Below the pieces are notes generated by a model that saw nothing but the letters and a program-made list of their open reading frames with translations, ran no database searches and was not told the DNA's origin. A stretch of DNA of 64,000 nucleotides, from the NCBI GenBank assembly GCA_011109175.1, contig RDEW01000002.1:1182676-1246675 (forward strand), written 5' to 3'. The translations under genes and the position numbers were made by a program. Position 1 is the stretch's first letter. Every line of letters starts with the position of its first letter. The DNA comes from Dicyema japonicum. Taxonomy: Eukaryota > Animalia > Dicyemida. Shown here piece after piece: positions 61,314 to 64,000 of the stretch.

Positions 61314-61706
61314 TTAGGCAACTAATTCAAAGAGTTTTGCAAATTCAGAAGACTTTTCGAAACCACATTTTGATTATAGCACAACTACAGCCAACAGACC
61401 GAATAATCTCCCCATTCCTTCCCATTTAAAAAGACCACAGAATTCCCCCAATTTAAGTCGTTTTGGGTACTAAATTTGATGATTAACTAATTACAGTCAA
61501 AACGTAACATTTGTTTTGCAGAAAGCCTTAACAAGTTTAACATAATCTGGTTTATCACAGTCTGAGGCCAAAACACACAAATCTGGAGAATTCTCATCCT
61601 GTAGAGCTTTGACACATTGGTTTAGTCCACAAACTAGTTTATCTGATATAGAGGCATCCTGGAAAAGTTTTCTTAAAGATTCACTGTTTTCATTATCACC
61701 TGACAT
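61314..61706 (-). CDS. RPS12: 40S ribosomal protein S12 (eS12)
   Basis: LVCGLNQCVKAL, LCVLASDCDKPDYVKLVKAFC, KLGEFCGL, VGCSCA; one ~25 nt intron; several indels. Confidence 0.88.
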
Positions 61707-62009
61707 TCTCAAAAACACGTTCTTTTATTTATTATTATATTTAAAATTATTATTTAAATATTGAGAGTATTTATTACTAAAATATGTAGTTATCACAGGG
61801 AGACATTTAAGATATAAGGAGGTGACACGGTGTAAAAGATACTCCATCTTTGGTTCGGGTGAAAAGGAGGTTCTTTTTCTGAGAAGATCACAGGAGACCA
61901 AACATATGTATTTGTTAAGTTTTTTGATAAGTTTATAAAATGATCTTTTCATGGGGAAGTTGTAATGTACTTAAATCGAATATTGATTGAAAGTAATCTA
62001 CGAGCTGTG

Positions 62010-62133
62010 GTCGCCTTACGGGTGGGATCTGTCTGACAAGAATTGACCTTCGCTGAAAAAATCATCTTTCGGATTCAAACCCACGACCTTCAGATCTGAG
62101 GTCATCAGACGTTACGTTAAGCCAGAAAGGGTC
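62010..62133 (-). mobile_element. tRNA-derived SINE family B (tRNA-Trp-like head)
   Basis: GACCC..TGGCTTAACGTAACGTCTGA..CAGATCTGAAGGTCGTGGGTTTGAATCC resembles tRNA-Trp; similar to 43385. Confidence 0.7.
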
Positions 62134-62289
62134 ACAACTAAATACGAACGTTAGGCATTCATTCACAAACCGCTGCTGGAAGCACATTACAGACCAACTT
62201 TGCATGAACACATGAAGTTTTCTTAACGAGCTAGTGAAATAATTATTATTAAAAACCAAAAATCACCGACAAATTAATTAACTACATAG

Positions 62290-62840
62290 CCGTCAGGTGA
62301 TTCCGGCCGCCTCGAATAGCCATCTCATTCTTGCTCGATGTTCTTCCTGGGTTCCAACGCATTTCCGGATTGGGCGGGGGTTTCTAACTTTTTTGGAGGG
62401 TAGTAAGGCTCCGGTTTTCCTTACTAATTTCTCAAAGGGTGTAGGGTTTAGAGGTTTCCAAGAAAACCTTTGCAAAGCCTTACTGGCCATTTTTTGGAAG
62501 GTATTTATTTTTTCTATATTCCTGTTTGATAGTTGGTTCCTATCAAACAGGAAGGATTTATGGTTACACATGGAGCGGAGTTTGTCAATCTTCTGTTTGT
62601 TGTGAAAATTGTTGTATAAGACTTTTCGGGACTTGCATGTAAAATGTTCTTAACGAGCCAACAGTTCAGATCGTCCAATAAAGCTTTTATCCGGTAAACA
62701 GCAGTATTAACGGACTGGTCTTTGACTGCGACGATTATATCATCCGCATATGTCAAAACCAGAGTATCGTCACTGGTATAGGAGGGCATATCAATCAAGA
62801 ATAGGTTGAATAGATGTGGTGAAAGTGGAGATCCTTGAGT
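62290..62840 (-). mobile_element. LINE RT 3' fragment
   Basis: QGSPLSP, LTYADDII; same family as 45205. Confidence 0.8.
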
Positions 62841-62910
62841 GACTTAATGATTGACTATATAGTTTTGGTTTACTTAAGTTATTATGACTTTTATAAAATT
62901 AAAATAATAA

Positions 62911-63442
62911 ATGTTAGAATTAAGTGATGTGTAAGCATATTGGATATATATTAGTAATGATATTATTAAATACAGTTTAAAATCTGGTTTGATTGTTACT
63001 GCCACATTTTTCCCATATGGAGTTAAAATGGCTGGTGTTAGATTCAGAGAAAGGAATCAGTCAACTGTGTTTAAAACAAAATTAGAAGCATCAGTTTATG
63101 AAATATTATAATTGCAGAGAGTATATTATGATACATTATTACTTGGTGGAATAAGGTATGGATTATTCTGGGAGTCAGAGTATTCTTCTTAGTCTCCTCT
63201 ACTATGATTTATATGAAACTTATTCAGTCTTATAGAAACAGAGATGGCATTTTAGAGTATTCTATTGGGTTTGGTTAGTTATTGCTTTTACTTTTTGGTA
63301 TTTCTGGGTTTTTCTATTGTATTCCACGTGGTTGGAGGGCTTCTATTGTTGGGTTTGGTTTGGCAGGTATTTTGGGGTTACTTTTATTATTTATTATAGA
63401 ACTATTGGAGGAACTTTTAAACATATTTTTAATAATAAATGA
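62911..63442 (+). CDS. TIMMDC1: TIMMDC1-like complex I assembly factor (Tim17/22 family)
   Basis: FRERNQSTVFKTKLEAS|RVYYDTLLLGGIRYGLFW, SYRNRD, RGWRASIVGFGLAGILG align to TIMMDC1 (YIEQSQAEIYHNRFDA, GFIRYGWRWG, VYRNKD, GLRGLVAGGIIGALLG). Micro-introns; indels. Confidence 0.75.
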
Positions 63443-63519
63443 TTTCCCTTTAACGAAACCAAATATTCCTGATTTTTCATTTTATCACTTCCTCGTTGAT
63501 AAAAATGGATGTGAATCTT

Positions 63520-63930
63520 CCTTTTGACAGGATCTTTTAGGCTATTCTCAAGGGGAAGTTCAGCCTTTTCCAAGAGTCTCTTGTCATTTCCGGAGACGCC
63601 TAGCATGGACCCATCGGAATACCTAATACTTTTGCAACTAAATATTAATGGGATCTCGAGATACGAACTGAATTTTTATCTTCTCACGACGTGGTATTGC
63701 TTTAATACAGGAAATTCTATTGTCACCATTATCACGTCTTACTCCACAATTCATGAGATACTCATCCATTCGCATGGATCGTCCTAAGGAAAGAATGGGG
63801 AGGGGTTATGACACTTGTTCGTGAAGGTATCCCCTTTACTAATTCAACCACATTTCTATCTTATGCCCATTTGGAGGTCATCTCGATGCTGATAACAATC
63901 AATGGAGAAAAAAAAGTAATTCTCAATTTT
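63520..63930 (+). mobile_element. Degraded LINE APE fragment with eroded 2A-like motif
   Basis: LVISGDA*HGP then LILLQLNINGI and a GG-rich APE motif. Confidence 0.65.
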
Positions 63931-64000
63931 TTTTTCGTGTCGTCCCCCATAATAACTATAGATACTAATATGTCGCGTCCGTGGTGATGACGCGTCCACT

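Overview
AT-rich eukaryotic (metazoan) nuclear DNA. It holds about 13 compact housekeeping/signalling genes or gene remnants (GOLPH3, RPS6, a broken CPVL-like carboxypeptidase, a SAXO/FAM154-like repeat protein, Scribble-like LAP protein, type II pantothenate kinase, SNAP29, NAD kinase, PRPF8, SPT small subunit, TEAD, RPS12, TIMMDC1). Every intron I could resolve is a 20-26 nt spliceosomal micro-intron; I count 36 in PRPF8 alone. The intergenic DNA is crowded with mostly decayed transposons: CRE-like RLE retrotransposons with an unexpected N-terminal PHD finger, RTE-like LINEs, APE-type LINEs with a 2A/StopGo motif, two tRNA-derived SINE families (one carrying the RTE 3' stem-loop), a LINE-5'UTR-related short element, a Buster-type hAT and two pogo/Tigger elements, including a three-level nest (SINE in CRE in Tigger). 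Micro-introns, a ciliary microtubule-type protein and a complex I assembly factor suggest a reduced, ciliated animal such as a dicyemid (inference only). Genes in the outer parts of the window carry 1-nt indels, probably consensus errors. Coordinates and translations were read by eye; comparisons with human proteins are from memory.
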